A DNA stretch of 64,000 bases, taken from Cyanophora paradoxa CCMP329. Lineage: Eukaryota > Plantae > Glaucophyta. Made by a program: the position numbers and the translations under genes. Each line of letters begins with the position of its first letter. Position 1 is the first letter of the stretch. Location: assembly GCA_004431415.1 (NCBI GenBank), contig QPMI01000017.1, forward strand, positions 124,001-188,000, written 5' to 3'. The notes below the pieces were generated by a model. It did not search any database. It was not told the origin of the DNA and saw only the letters and a list, made by a program, of their open reading frames with translations. This document shows positions 1-11,896 of this stretch, piece by piece.

Positions 1-146
1 GAAGCGCCCGTGACCACGTCCGCGCCGGGGTCGCCCGTGCAGCACTTGTGTTGCCCGAAGCACCGTGCAGGATGAAGGCGCCAGCGACGCCGCGTTCTCT
101 CTCGCTCTACGAATACGCTCTCCGTTTCTGACGGACTCCGGTTCAA

Positions 147-1171
147 GCTCAAATTCAGTTACGACGAGCTGTCATGCCGGTGAGCAAGTAGCCAGCGCGC
201 TAGCTCGGCGCCACGCGCACATATGCATGCGCGTATGTTGACTCGCGGCCAGCGATCCGTAGCAGATGATGCATATGACGGCTTCGCAAGTATTCGCGCC
301 GCTCTCCAGGACACGCCACGAGCTGACGCGCGCCTCGGCCGCGGCTGTAGATCTGCGTATGCTATGCGCAGCTCCGCTCCGCCGCTCCCCGCCCGCCGCC
401 CCGCCCGCTGCCTCAGCTTCGTCGACTAGTACTCCAGGTACCGGTTCGCCCCGCCGCGGCCGCTGCTGCTGTGCATCTCGCCCGGCCGCCGCCGCTGGTC
501 GCCGCGCCGCTAATGCTGCGCACCTCACCCTGCCGCCACCGCTTGGCCCCGCCACCGCTGTCTGGCGCGAGCTGACGCCTCGGCCCTGCGCAGGCTGTGC
601 GCAGTGCCTGGCCACCTGTCGCTCCGCCGGTTTCCCCGCCGGCTGCCTCAGCTTCGTCGGCTACAGGTTCGCCCCGCCGCTGCCAGGCTGCTGCTGCGCA
701 TCTCGATCACCCGACCGCCGCCGCTGGGCCCCGCCCCCGCACGGCCGCTGTCCGGGGCGAGCTGACGCCTCGGATATTCGTATGTGCAGGCTATGCGCAG
801 GGCCCGGCGCCACCTGTCTGTCCTCCCGCTTCCCCGCCCCCCGCCGCCCTCGCCTGCCCGCCAGCCTGGTGCCGCCGCCCGCCTCGCCACCCCACCGGTA
901 CCCGGCCGCCTCGCCACCCCAACCGTCCGCCTCGCCACCCCACCCGGCCGCCTCGCCACCCCAACCGTCCGCCTCGCCACCCCACCCGGCCGCCTCGCCA
1001 CCCCGGTCGCCTCCCCCGGCCGCCGGCCCTGCCTCTAGATTTCTGCCCCCCCCTCCCCCTCCCCCCCCCCCAAGTACCCTGCAATATGTACAAGCTTAAG
1101 TACCCCCCCTTGCACCTCCGCGCGCGGCCCGCACTTGCCGCACTTGCACAGGCCCGGGCGCGGTCTGCTAG
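147..1171 (+). mobile_element. Non-autonomous ~1-kb interspersed repeat, Helitron-like 3' end (copy A)
   Basis: Homologous in inverted orientation to 32484-33433 (shared ACGACGAGCTGTCATGCCGGTGAGCAA and CAAGTACCCTGCAAT...CGCACTTGCACAGG-CCGGGCGCGGTCTGCTAG). Homology ends at CTAG followed by T, just after a GC-rich hairpin-like stretch. No transposase. Confidence 0.55.
878..1010 (+). repeat. ~21-bp minisatellite (CCGCCTCGCCACCCC core, ~6 units) inside copy A
   Basis: Alternating units CCGCCTCGCCACCCCAACCGT and CCGCCTCGCCACCCCACCCGG read directly. Confidence 0.85.
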
Positions 1172-2065
1172 TAGATCTAGCTTATCTCATGATCATGATC
1201 ATGATCGATATCAGAATTCGAAGCCCTCCGGCGGCGCGCTCCGGCGACACGCCTATATAGCTAGCGCTTTAATTTAGCTAGCTATAGGCCTGAAGCTGAA
1301 ATTGTACGCGATATCGATGCGCGCGACGTCGACGCCTTATAATCTCGCTGACTCTCGCTGGCCCACGGGGGTACCGGTACACGTAACGGAGCGCACAGCT
1401 CGCAAAGCGCGGCCCGCAGCTGCAGCGCACAGCAGAAGCGGCCGCCGCACATGTACAGCGGACGCGTCCTCTGGAAGTTCCCGTGCCGTTCGGCGGCGAG
1501 CGTCGGTCAGGGCAGAGCGCCTTCAGGTGAATTCCTCGAGGTCTGCGCCCGCGTATGACATCGCGCCCGCACCGCGGCTCACCGCACCTCTCATCCCTCC
1601 CGGTCACGTGTTCTGCGCCGCGTTCACGTTCGACTGCGCAGAGCTTGAACACTCCCATCGTATCGCGCGCCCCCGGCTCGTTGGCCCGGCCTGGATAGCG
1701 GATCAGCTCCTTGAAGCCGAAGCCAATGTGCGCTAATGCTTGGTTGCGCTGGCCGCCCTGCAGCTGACTGCGCTGGCCGCAGTGGGACGTTCCGATTCCC
1801 GCGAACTGGGAAAGCTCGCCCTACCTGGGGCTATCGATGCCCCCAGACAGCAAGTGCTCACTTGAAGAGCGTCTTCTCCACTTCGTGCATGGTGCGCTCG
1901 CCCCGCCCGGCAGGTTCACTTAAAGTCTCACGGGTTTCTTCGCACTCACTCGCAGTGCACTCGGTTCGCGTGAATCCGACCGGCTCCGGGTCTACTCTCG
2001 ATCAGAAGTACTGCGAGCCCTGCCTGGAGACTTTCGACAAGGTACCTGGGACGAGGCTCGCGATC

Positions 2066-2562
2066 GTCCGGCGGGCCTCGCTCTTTGTGCCAGGTGAGCC
2101 GGCCGCGCGGCCGGACGGCGCTCGCAACGAAGTCTGAGATATCCGCCCGCAGATGCCCTCTGTAGCGTGCGCTCGCAGTCCGCAGGGCGCCCAAGCTCAT
2201 CGAAAGCTCGGGGCTCGTTCGGCGGGCCTCGCTCTTTAGGTCAGGTGAGCCGGCGGTGCGGCCGGATCGACAGAGCTTGCAACGATCTCTGAGTTATCCA
2301 CCCGCAGTGGGCCCCGCACATGCCCTCTGTAGCGTGCGCTCGCAGTCCGCAGGGCGCCCAAGCGCATCGAAAGCTTGGGGCTCCGTTCGGCGGGCCTCGC
2401 TCTTTTGGTCAGGTGAGCCGGCGGCGCGGCCGGATCGACGGAGCTCGCAACTTGGCAACGAACTCTGAGATATCCGCCCGCAGATGCCCTCTGTAGCGTG
2501 CGCTCGCAGACTCGCAGTCCGCAAAGCGCCCAAGCGCATCGAAAGCTCGGGGCTCGTTCGGT
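2066..2562 (+). repeat. Tandem repeat, ~155-170-bp unit x3
   Basis: Three diverged copies of GGCGGGCCTCGCTCTTT..CAGGTGAGCCGG...ATGCCCTCTGTAGCGTGCGCTCGCAG...ATCGAAAGCT. Confidence 0.85.
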
Positions 2563-2613
2563 ATGAGACTCGCCAGTTTATTTTTGTGAGTCACTCTGAG
2601 TATACGGGTATGA

Positions 2614-3024
2614 GTCTACTATGAGACTACGTTTCGCCTCTCCTACTGTTCTACCGCCTTTGCCTCCTGCGACTACGTCTTCTAGTTCTGCTGTTAGCTC
2701 TGTCTTGTCGTCTTCGTCTAGATCTTCGTCTTCGACTGTAGTTCCTCGTGCTCGTTCTCCTTATTTGCTGCGTCCCCGTGCTCCTCGTCGTTCTAGTGTG
2801 ACTAGTACTTCTGCATCGACGCCCTTGAGCTCTTCTACTCCTTCTCCTCGTGCTCGTTCTCCTTATCTTTTGCGTTCTTCTGATCGTGTCCTTTCTCGTG
2901 ATCCCTCTTGATTCTGTATATATTTTGTGCTAGTTTACTGTATCTTTGATTTGTGATTGCTTTGTTGTCTTTAATATCACTACCTACGGGGGGTTCGCCC
3001 CACCGTAGTCTCTCAAAAAAAAAA
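2614..3024 (+). mobile_element. 5'-truncated non-LTR retroposon 3' end (stem-loop + poly(A))
   Basis: Abrupt T-rich composition. Terminal stem-loop CTACGG-GGGG-TTCG-CCCC-A-CCGTAG followed by A10. GGGTATGA on both flanks (2606-2613, 3027-3034) is a probable TSD. Confidence 0.6.
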
Positions 3025-5837
3025 GAGGGTATGAAAAAGAATTTCCATTAATATTCCGAATTCGAAGTTAATTCGAGGTCCGGAACACGCGTACCCGCGA
3101 TTGACCGTGCCGTCGACGTCAGCGTGCGAGCTCCATCGAAAGGGCCGACGACGAGCGGTCCGAGCGGAGCTCAGCCGCTGCAGCTGGGCGCGCGCGCCTA
3201 ACTGCATCACGCGTTCGGAACGCGCGCGGGATATCGGTCGGAAGAGCGGCCGCGGCCGGGCCTGCACGCTTCCGTGAAGTTCGCTGATCAATTTCCGAAG
3301 TTCCTCCGCCATCTCTCCAACTGACACTGCGGCAATTTCTGGCGGTGAGCGTTGGCCATGGCCACGGGAGCAGCGGCAACGATTGCATCTGCTCGCAGCA
3401 TTGCCGTTGCAATTGCTGAAATGTCGATGATGCAGGTCGGCTGGCGCCGCGCGCCCCCGCCGCAGCGCCTGGCTTAGCTTGGAGCTGCGCTGCAGCTGCA
3501 GGTCTCCATTTGGCTTTGGGTTCGTGCATTTCTCCGAGGCGCACCTTTATTCGAGTTCCCGAACCGTGTCTGATATCGTTTGCAATCGCGATCTTCGGAT
3601 TCTTTCATGATCAGGTCTAGAAGATGCGCAACGTAATTGACGGCGACCTCGCGCGAGAATGATCATGAGCGGGCGCGCCAGATCCAACGTTGACGCGGCT
3701 TCGGCGTCCCTCGTCTTCGGCGCTCCCGTTTTGCTGGAGGCGGCGGTCGCCCGCATCCGCGCAGCAGCGCGAGCGCGAGTGGCCGACGCGTCGCGCGCGG
3801 GACCCGGCGCCGCGGCGACAGAGACGTCGACGCACGATCGCGTCGAGCTCTCGAGCCGCAGGTCCTCCAATGATTCCTTCGACACGTCGGACGCAGGCGA
3901 AGGTGAGCTCCAATCCCTCTCAAGTTACTCGCAATTGCGGCCGCAGTACAATTAGCTGTACATGTGGCAGACTAGCACGGGCCGGCGAGCTCGAGGCGTA
4001 TTTATATATATTATAATGCGTGCCCAGCTCCATGTGGTTTTCGAATTCGCGCTGACAATGCCATGATGAGCAGGCTCGGATGGCTGGCTCTCCATCAACA
4101 GCGACGAGGCGGAGGCCGTCCTCGCCGCCGCCGCTGCCGCCGAGGCCGTCCCCACCGCCCTCGGGCCCCTTACCCTCTGGGAGGTGCGCCGGCGGGCGCC
4201 ATCGCTATAGATCGAGCTCGAGAGCCTGCAAGACTCTAGATCTAGCTAGCGCTATTTCCCTCATTCCCGTGGCCAGGTACCATTAATATTTAAATATTGA
4301 TATTGCTCTAGCTGGCCTTGCATGGGTTCCGAATTTCGAATTTCGAACCCCCTCGAGCTCGCCTGTATATATAGCGCTAGCTCCCGCCGGGCCGATTTCC
4401 GGATCCCCTGCGCTATAGATAGCTCCTCTACATAAGTTAATTAATTTTCTCTCTACGTATACGTATATACGTACGTAATTCTAGCTCGGCCGCGCGCGGC
4501 GCCGGCGCGGGCGCCCCGATTTCGAATTCGCTTCGTCCCCGACGACTGATCGATCACTGCATGGATATCGATGGCGCCGGCTGCCGCGCAGGAGTGCGAG
4601 CTCGACACCTCGCGCGACACGGCGTCAACCGGCGCACCGCAAGCGCTCGAGGCGACATGTACGGCTGCAACTATCGCGATCGATGTCGATTGCGATGCTG
4701 GTGCACGCGTGGAGCCGGGGCGGGAATTGCAGCCGCATCTGCCCGCGCCGTCGGCGTCGACGTCGACGTCGCGCCCAGCCGCAGCTTCAAGTTCGGATGG
4801 CGCGGGTATGCAGAGCTCACGGCCGCCTCTGACCAAATTTGCTCGTCTGACGCTTTTCCGACGCGTACGGCGGTGCGCATGCGCAGCTGCAGCGAGTGCT
4901 GTACATGTGGCGCCGCGCTTTCGCGAAGGCGAGCGCGGCAGGTCCTCTGTTCTGGTGAGTGCAACCGCGACCGGCACGTGCACGCTTCCCACGCGCTGCG
5001 GCGCACAAGCGACAATTTCAAGAGGGGCGCCGCTAGCGCTGATCAAGAATGCGATGCGCGCATAGAATCCCATTCGCATGCGCACGTGTCCTTTTCACAG
5101 TACACGCAGCTTCGTTCAGTTCGAGCTTCGAATTCCGATGGCCGCTAGTCTGATTTGGGGGCTGGGGCGGGCCCCCCCTGCGCAGGCGTACGTGGCGTTC
5201 AAGCAGCACGTGGTCTTCCTCCTTGAGCCGGGGGCCGACCCCGCCGCAGGGCCCGCTGGCGCTCCCGACGGCGCCGCCGCCGCCGGCCGCCGCCGCATCG
5301 CCCACTGCCACGTCCCCGGCCCCGTCCTCAGGGTGCTTTCCCCTCCCCCACCCCGCCCACCGAAATCCCCCCGGTTCCTCAAACTTACATGCGAGGGGAG
5401 CAGATCGACGAGGCGGCGGCGCGGGGCGCCCTCGCCGGCGTCTGCCGCGCCCTCGGCATCCCCGTGGACCCGCCTTCCATCGGCTGGCACCTCCTCCTCC
5501 GCCCCTAGCCACGCCCGCCCGCCCCCGCTTGCACTGCAATTGCAAGTCGCCTTGTCGGTGCATCTTTGCCAGGCACATGCAGCGCTTGCCTGGTTTGATC
5601 CCCTATCTATAGCTATAGCTAGTCCCTTCAACCGCTGAGCCAACTGCAAGTCGATGAGATCGGATCCCGGCCCTATGCGATGATCGGCAGCTGGACCGGA
5701 GCCGGAGGGGGGGCCCCTAGGGGCGGGTGCGCAAGTGCGAGGGGGCGCCCTGGGCCCATTGGATTTGGCTCACGGGCACAAACTTTCTGAGCCCTGGCAT
5801 GGGGGCCTACGAGAGCGGCGGGAGGCAGGGGCGCGGG

Positions 5838-5900
5838 ACGGACTCAGGAGGGGGCGCAGGCCGGGTTAGCCTGTTTTCGCCGCCTCCATCACTGCTCCGC
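5838..5900 (-). promoter_or_regulatory. Eukaryotic type II SECIS element (GUGA core) in the selenoprotein 3' UTR
   Basis: Minus strand reads GCGGA-gca-GUGAU-GGAGGCGGCG-AAAA-CAGGC-uaacccg-GCCUG-CGCCCCCUCC-UGAG-UCCGU. This gives helix I, a UGA/GA core, a 10-bp helix II with one mismatch, unpaired As and an apical mini-stem, ~70 nt after the stop. Confidence 0.85.
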
Positions 5901-5972
5901 GGGGCGGGCGTCGTCCGCGCCCCCGCTGTCGCTGCTCATCGAAGGCCTCGCAGGGCTGAGCGGATCCGGCGC

Positions 5973-6410
5973 TCAGGCGCCGAGCTTGCCGAGCGCCTCC
6001 TCGATCTTGGCGATGAGGATGCTCTCGATCTCGCTCGGGTCGAAGCGACGCGGGTTCCAGCGGCTGGCGGTCGCCGGTGTGAGGGGCGTTCGGGCCTGCT
6101 CGGCGCAAGAGCGCGGGACGATCTCACCTCTGGTTCTCCTTCAGGATTTGGACGTTGACAGATTTATCGCCCACCTGCTCCAGAGTGACGGTAATAATGT
6201 TTGGCCTGTCCAAGCGCGCGTCAGGCGCGGGCCGGCACCGGGCTTGGGATCGAAAGAAATTGCAAGTACTCACCCGAAGTCCCCGCTGTCGACGCATTGT
6301 GCGCTAGGGAAGCGCTTGTTGATCATGCGTCGGCAAGCGGAGAACTCGCTCCACCCGCCTCAGGCGCGGTTGTACGCGATCGTGAATGTCAACGGCAAGT
6401 CCGCGGCCAT
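5973..6410 (-). CDS. Rdx-family (SelW/SelT/SelH-like) selenoprotein, 101 aa, NxxU motif; exons 6410-6274, 6205-6128, 6063-5973
   Basis: GT-AG introns of 68 and 64 bp splice to MAADLPLTFTIAYNRAUGGWSEFSACRRMINKRFPSAQCVDSGDFGPNIITVTLEQVGDKSVNVQILKENQSRWNPRRFDPSEIESILIAKIEEALGKLGA*. TGA at 6362-6360 falls at the Sec position of the SelW pattern (VxYCxxUG...FP), and a SECIS lies downstream. Confidence 0.85.
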
Positions 6411-7075
6411 CGTTCTGTACGAAAGAACGGACATGAAGGCAGGAAAGAACTCAAAGCCCGGCAGGAAAAGGGGGTGGGAAGGCAGTATTTTGGCGTGTGA
6501 CCATGAGCCCGGTCAGGCCTAGTCTGGTGTCAAGCAACGTCATGCCGCGCAGACACCGGGAGCGCGCTAGTGCCCACGAGAATCGCGCATGTGAGAGGAG
6601 GATTTAGGCCAACGTCGGCCGGCGTGCGCGGGTAAGTGACCATGTGCATTCTCGATGAAAACCCCAGAGTGCGCGGCCAGGTCCCTCTATGAACGCTTCC
6701 TGACCACCCAGACGTGGTAGACGCACATGGAACTTGGCTGGAAGACTCGAAGAGGAGGCTGAGGTTGGCAGGTTGGCAGAGGTTGCGAGCTTCGGGGTAC
6801 GCGGGCTGATCAGCCTGTAGGTTGTAGCCCCCGTGAAGCAACTGCGGCGCTTCAACTCCCGGGGATCCGTAGCGAGGGCATCCCTTCTATCACGCGCATC
6901 ACGTCTTTCACAACTCACTGGATGGGAGGCTGGTGGATGGGCCAGGACGGCCGCTTCTTGGGCCAGCGGAGAGCCTGTTTGCGGCAATACGCCTGCTAGC
7001 TATAGCTAAAGTGCAGTACCTTTTTGATAGAAACGCCCCGAGCTGCGGCCTGCTTGCCAGCTTTAGGTCTGGGCC

Positions 7076-8206
7076 ATGGCGGACCCCGCAGTGCCTGCCA
7101 GCCTGGCGGCGATGGGCGAGGAGATGGACGAAGATGACGTTCCGCCGTACGCGCGCTTCGGCATGGACCGCGCGGCGAGCGAGAGCGACTCGGACGAGAG
7201 CTCGACCTCGCCGGCGGCGGGGCCCGAGGAGGAGGCGGCTGCGCCGGCCGCCGCTGCCGCGCAGCCGGTGATGCTCATCGAGCACGACGAGGAGGAGGCG
7301 CCGCTCTTTACCACGGGCGTCGACAAGGAGGCGAGCGAGCGAGCGCCGAGATCGGGGGGTCGGGGCGCGGGGCCGCGTGGCTGAGCGGGCGGAGCGGGCG
7401 GCAGATGGACTCGTTGTCGGAGAGGAGCCCGCGGTCGCGGCGGGACTCGCACATCTCGGCGCGGAGCAGGAGCTCGCGGCGCGGCTCAGACTCCGAGAGC
7501 CGCGGCTCGACCCCCGAGTACATGTCCTACCTCGAGGCGGTCCGCCCGCGCCCCGGAGTCTTCCGCCGGCAGACCGGCCGCCAGGCTTCCGCGGCTCACG
7601 GCCGGCCCCGCGCAGCACGGCCTGCGCAAGTTCGGCGTGGAGAAGGGGGACGAGACGGTGCTGGGGGCGCTCCCCTCGGGCCGCGCCTTCTCGCACCGCC
7701 TCCGCCTCGAGTCGGCGCGCGTCAACCTGGACGACGTCTCCGAGCAGCCGCGCCAGGCCGCCATGTCCTTCGCCATGGTCCGCCCGCTCCCCTCTAGCGC
7801 CGGGTCGGATCTAATCTCTGGATCCCTCCGACCCTGGGGCGCAGGTGACGATGCTGGCGGCGGGGCTGAAGCGGCGGCGGGCGCGGAAGGCGGAGGCACG
7901 GGCGCAGCGGCGGGCGGCGCGGGAGCAGCGCGAGTTCGTCGGCTTCGCCGTCGACCTCGAGCAGCTCGAGCGCGAGGAGCGCGAGGTCCGCCGCCTTCCC
8001 TGACCCGCTTGGGCGGCCCGGCGCCGCGCTCGCCGGCTTGGCTGACTTTGCGTTGCGGGCAGCGGCGCGAGGCGGAGGAGCGGGAGCAGCGGGAGCGGGA
8101 GGAGCAGGAGGGCGCGGCGGCGGCGCCGGCGGGGATCGCCATCCGCCGCATCGACCCGAAGGCCCTCCCCCACAAGGCCCCCGCGGGGGGCGCCACCGAC
8201 CGCAGC

Positions 8207-8237
<31 letters not shown>

Positions 8238-11200
8238 GGGGCCACGGGCGGCGGCGGCGGCGGCACCGGGCGCGGATCGCGGACGGGGAGTTCTCGGACT
8301 CGTCGCTGGACTCGTCGAGCGGGGAGGAGGAGGGCGCCGGGGAGGGCGGGGCGGGGCGCCTCGGGGACCCCTCGGAGGACGTGCTGGCGCGGGCGAGCCG
8401 CATCGCCCGCGCCTACTTCGAGCTCGTCGCGGCCCGCGGCGTCGAGGGCGCCGCCGCCGCCGCCCTGCTCGACCCCGAGATGGAGGAGGCGGCGCGGCTG
8501 CTGGGGCTGGGGAGGGCGGCGGGGGCGGGGGGCGGGGCCGGGAGCGGAGGAAGCCGGGGCGGCGGGTGCGGATCGTGCTGCCCGAGGAGGCCCCCCTCCT
8601 GCTCGCCTCGGTCGCCCTCCAGGAGGCCGCCACCCGCGCCGCCGCCGGCCCCGCGGGCGAGGAGGGCGGAGCCGAGGGGGCGCCCCCGAGGGCGGGGCCG
8701 AGGGGACCCCCGCGCCCCTCGCGTGGCCCGAGGGCGCCGCCTTCTCCGCCGCCGACTTCGTGCAGCAGATGGCCCAGGCGCGCCGGGCCCAGCGCGCGCA
8801 CTTGTCTCGCGCGAGGCCTGAACCTCGCCGGCAGGTGCTGGCGAAGGCGGGGAGCGTGCTGGAGGACCCGACGGCGCTCAAGTCGGGGGCCCTGGACGCC
8901 GGGGCGCTCAAGGGCATCCTCGAGAAGGCCGGCTTCGCCTCGGAGCGCGTCGAGGCGATGGCGGCCCGCGCGCAGGCCGCCGCCGTCGAGGGCCGCCAGC
9001 AGCGCGCCGCCCGCCGCGAGCGCCGCAAGGAGGCCAAGCAGGCCAGGTCCAAGGCCGCCGCGGAGGAGGAGGAGGAGGGCGAGGAGGGGGACGGCTCGCC
9101 GGGCCGGAGCGCCGAGAGGGCGCGGCGGGGCCGCGGGGGCGCGGCCGGCGGGCGGCGGGGCGGGGCGCGCAGGGGCGGCGCCGGGGAGGAGGGCACGGGG
9201 AGCTGCCGCGCACCGAGTCCGGAGTCGGAGTGAAGGGCAGCGCGGGGGCGAGCGGGCGGAAGGGGCGGGGCGCCGCCCACGGCCTCCGATCCTCCTCCAA
9301 GGCGCTGAAGGAGAAGGGCGCCGGGAGACGACGGGCGCCGACAGCCTCGCCCGCTCCGGCACCTTCCAGGTCCGCACCTTGCAGGGGCGGGCGGGTTCGC
9401 GCCGGGCCCGCTGAGGCGCCGCCGCCGGTGCGCAGGCGCGGTTCAAGGCGGCGGCGGCGGGCGTGGCGGCGGCGGCGCAGGAGCTCGCGGCCGGCCCGGG
9501 TCGGGCCGAGGACGCGATCGCGGAGGGCGAGGAGGAGGAGGGCGAGGGCGGGGAGGAGGGCGCGAGCGGGAGCGGCAAGGGCAGCCTCGGCCAGCGGCGG
9601 GGAGCCTCCTCGCGCGGGCCGCCGCGCGCGCCGCCGACGAGGCGGAGCGCGCGCGGCGCGAGGGCGCGCCGCCTCCCTCCCCGAGGGCCACGAGGACGCC
9701 GAGGCCGGGCCGGGGCCGGCGCCAGCGGGCGTTGGCGGGGCGGGGCGTCGCCGGGCCGGCGGCGGAGCGTGGGCGCCGCCCCGCACCCAGCCCCGCACGG
9801 GCACGGGCACGGGGAGGCAGGCACCTCCTCCCCGTCCCATTCCATGAAGATTCGCCCGCGTCGGCCCTCCCTCGGGGGCGGGAGGGCCCCGAGGCGGCGC
9901 CCGCCGCCACGACGCCCCGCCCGACCCCGCCGCCGGATGTGGGGCGCCGGCTTCCTCGACGGCCCCCGCGCCGTCGGCCGCCTCCCCGCCGCCGACCTCT
10001 TCGACCTCGTGCGCGGCCCTTTCCCGCCTCTTTCCTCTTCCTTCGGCCCTCACTCGCCCCTGCCCCGCAGACCGCCTTCTCCGTACCCACCTCCGCCTTG
10101 TGCGCACTCGCCTGCGCCCTTGCCCCCGCCCCGCGTGCCGCGCCGCGCCGGGCGACGGGCGGGGCGGGGCCCCCCGCGAGCAGCTCGCGGTCACTGTGGC
10201 GGACGGGCCCCCCGAGCTCGAGCTCGGCGGCGGGGAGCGCCGGCCTACCCCCCCTCGGCCCCAGCCTCGGCCTCTCCACCCACTCCTCCCTCCCCGTCCG
10301 CCGCCCCCGGCCCGCGCTGTGCCCCTCCCGCTCATCCGCCCCCCGCAGCTCCTCACGCTGGAGTACGAGCGCGTCGTCAACCGCCGCGTGATCACGTACC
10401 CCCTGCGCGCCTCAAGCACCTCCCCGGGTACGCGACCGCGGGGGCGCGCCGCGGCGCCGGGGGTACGGTGCCCCTGACGGCGGCGGGGCAGGCTTCGCGA
10501 GGGAGGACGAAAAGGAGCGGGGGCCGCGCTGGGGCGGCCACGCGCGGCGGCGGCCCGAGGGCGGCGCCGGCGGCGGCGCTGCGGCGGCGCGGACCTGGGG
10601 CGCCTACGAGGTGCCGCAGGAGTCGGAGGCGCGCCTCGCGCGCCGCCGCCGCCGCCGCGAGCGGGACAAGGCGCGGGACCCCTCCCCTTTCCCCCCGCGG
10701 CGCGTCTGAGGCGGGGCGGGCAGGTGCGGGAGCTGGAGGCCCTGCGGCGGCGCGAGCAGGAGGCGCACGGCCTGCGCGCCCGCCCGGGCCCCGGCCGCCT
10801 CCTCCCCTACGGGCCCTCCGCCCGCGCCCCGGACCTCGCCGCCCACCCCGCCGCCCCTCGCCGTCCCCGGGCCCGCCCTCGCCCCGCCGCCTCCCGCTCG
10901 CCCTGCCGCCCCTCCGCCAGACTCCGTCGCCCCTCCGCCCCGCCCCGCCCCGTCCCCGGCCCCGGCCCCGCACCCCGCCGAGCGGCTGCGGCCCCCGCGC
11001 TCCACCCACGCGACTTGCCCGCTCCTCCCACCCTCTCCCTGTCCCCTCCCGCGCCGGCGCCTGCCGCAGCGCCGGCCCGCCCGCCCCGGCCCGGCCCCGG
11101 CGCCGGCCACGCCGCCCCAGCAGCCGGCGCCGGCGCCCGCGACGCCGCCTCACGCGCCCCCGACGCTCCGGCATCCGTCGACGACGCCGCGCAGCCGCTC

Positions 11201-11896
11201 CCCGCCGAGGCGCCCCCCGCCTCGCCCGCAACCAAGGCGGCGGGAGAGCTGCCCCCGATCCCGGAGGGCGTGACGCCGCGGGGGCCCGGCCCCGCCGCCC
11301 TCCACCGCTCCGCGTCGCTGCCGCCGCCGGCCGCCCGGGGCGGCCCCCGCGCGCAGCGGGAGCTGGGCCCCCGGGGCCGGGGCCCCCGCGCCCGCCCCGG
11401 GTCCGACGACTTCCTCGGGCCCTGGAGCGCGGGGGAGGGAGCCCGCGAGCGCACCCCGCTCGCGCCCGCCCGCCCCAGGCACCCCGCCGCGCCGCCCCGG
11501 ATGCGGAGCCGGAGCCGGAGCCGAAGGCGCTGGCGGCTGATGCGGCGGAGCAGGAGCCGCCCGAGGCGCCGCCGCCGCCGCCGCCGCCTCCGGAGCCCTC
11601 ACCGGTGCCGCAGACGCCGACGCGGGCGGCGGGGCGAGCCGGGGGGCGACTCGCGCCTCGGCAGCCGCGCCTCCTCGCGCCGGCTCGACTCGGGCGGGCT
11701 CGACCCGGGGCCCTCCCCGCGCGCGCCCCTTCATGCGCGGCCTGAAGCCCCCGGGCCTGCTCCCCGCCGCCCGCCCCGCGGGGGCCCTCCCCGAGGCCCT
11801 GCCCCCGCCAGGCACGCGGGGCGGCGCCGGGGCCCGGGGCGGGGCCGGCGCCCGGGGCGGGCCCCTTCGAGTTCAGCCCGGCGCTGCTGGCCCTGA
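7076..11896 (+). CDS. Large multi-exon gene, low-complexity/coiled-coil protein of unknown function (end approximate)
   Basis: ATG at 7076, then coding-like exons (MADPAVP..., HGLRKFGVEKGDETV..., QLLTLEYERVVNRRVITYP) separated by short introns with GTCCG/GTGCG donors and GCAG acceptors. No recognisable domain. Confidence 0.6.

Noticed and set aside
1280-2060. Possible transposase or recombinase remnant
   Set aside because: No recognisable motif in any frame.
6360-6362. In-frame TGA read as a pseudogene stop
   Set aside because: It sits at the Rdx Sec position, the rest of the frame and the splice sites are intact, and a SECIS follows.
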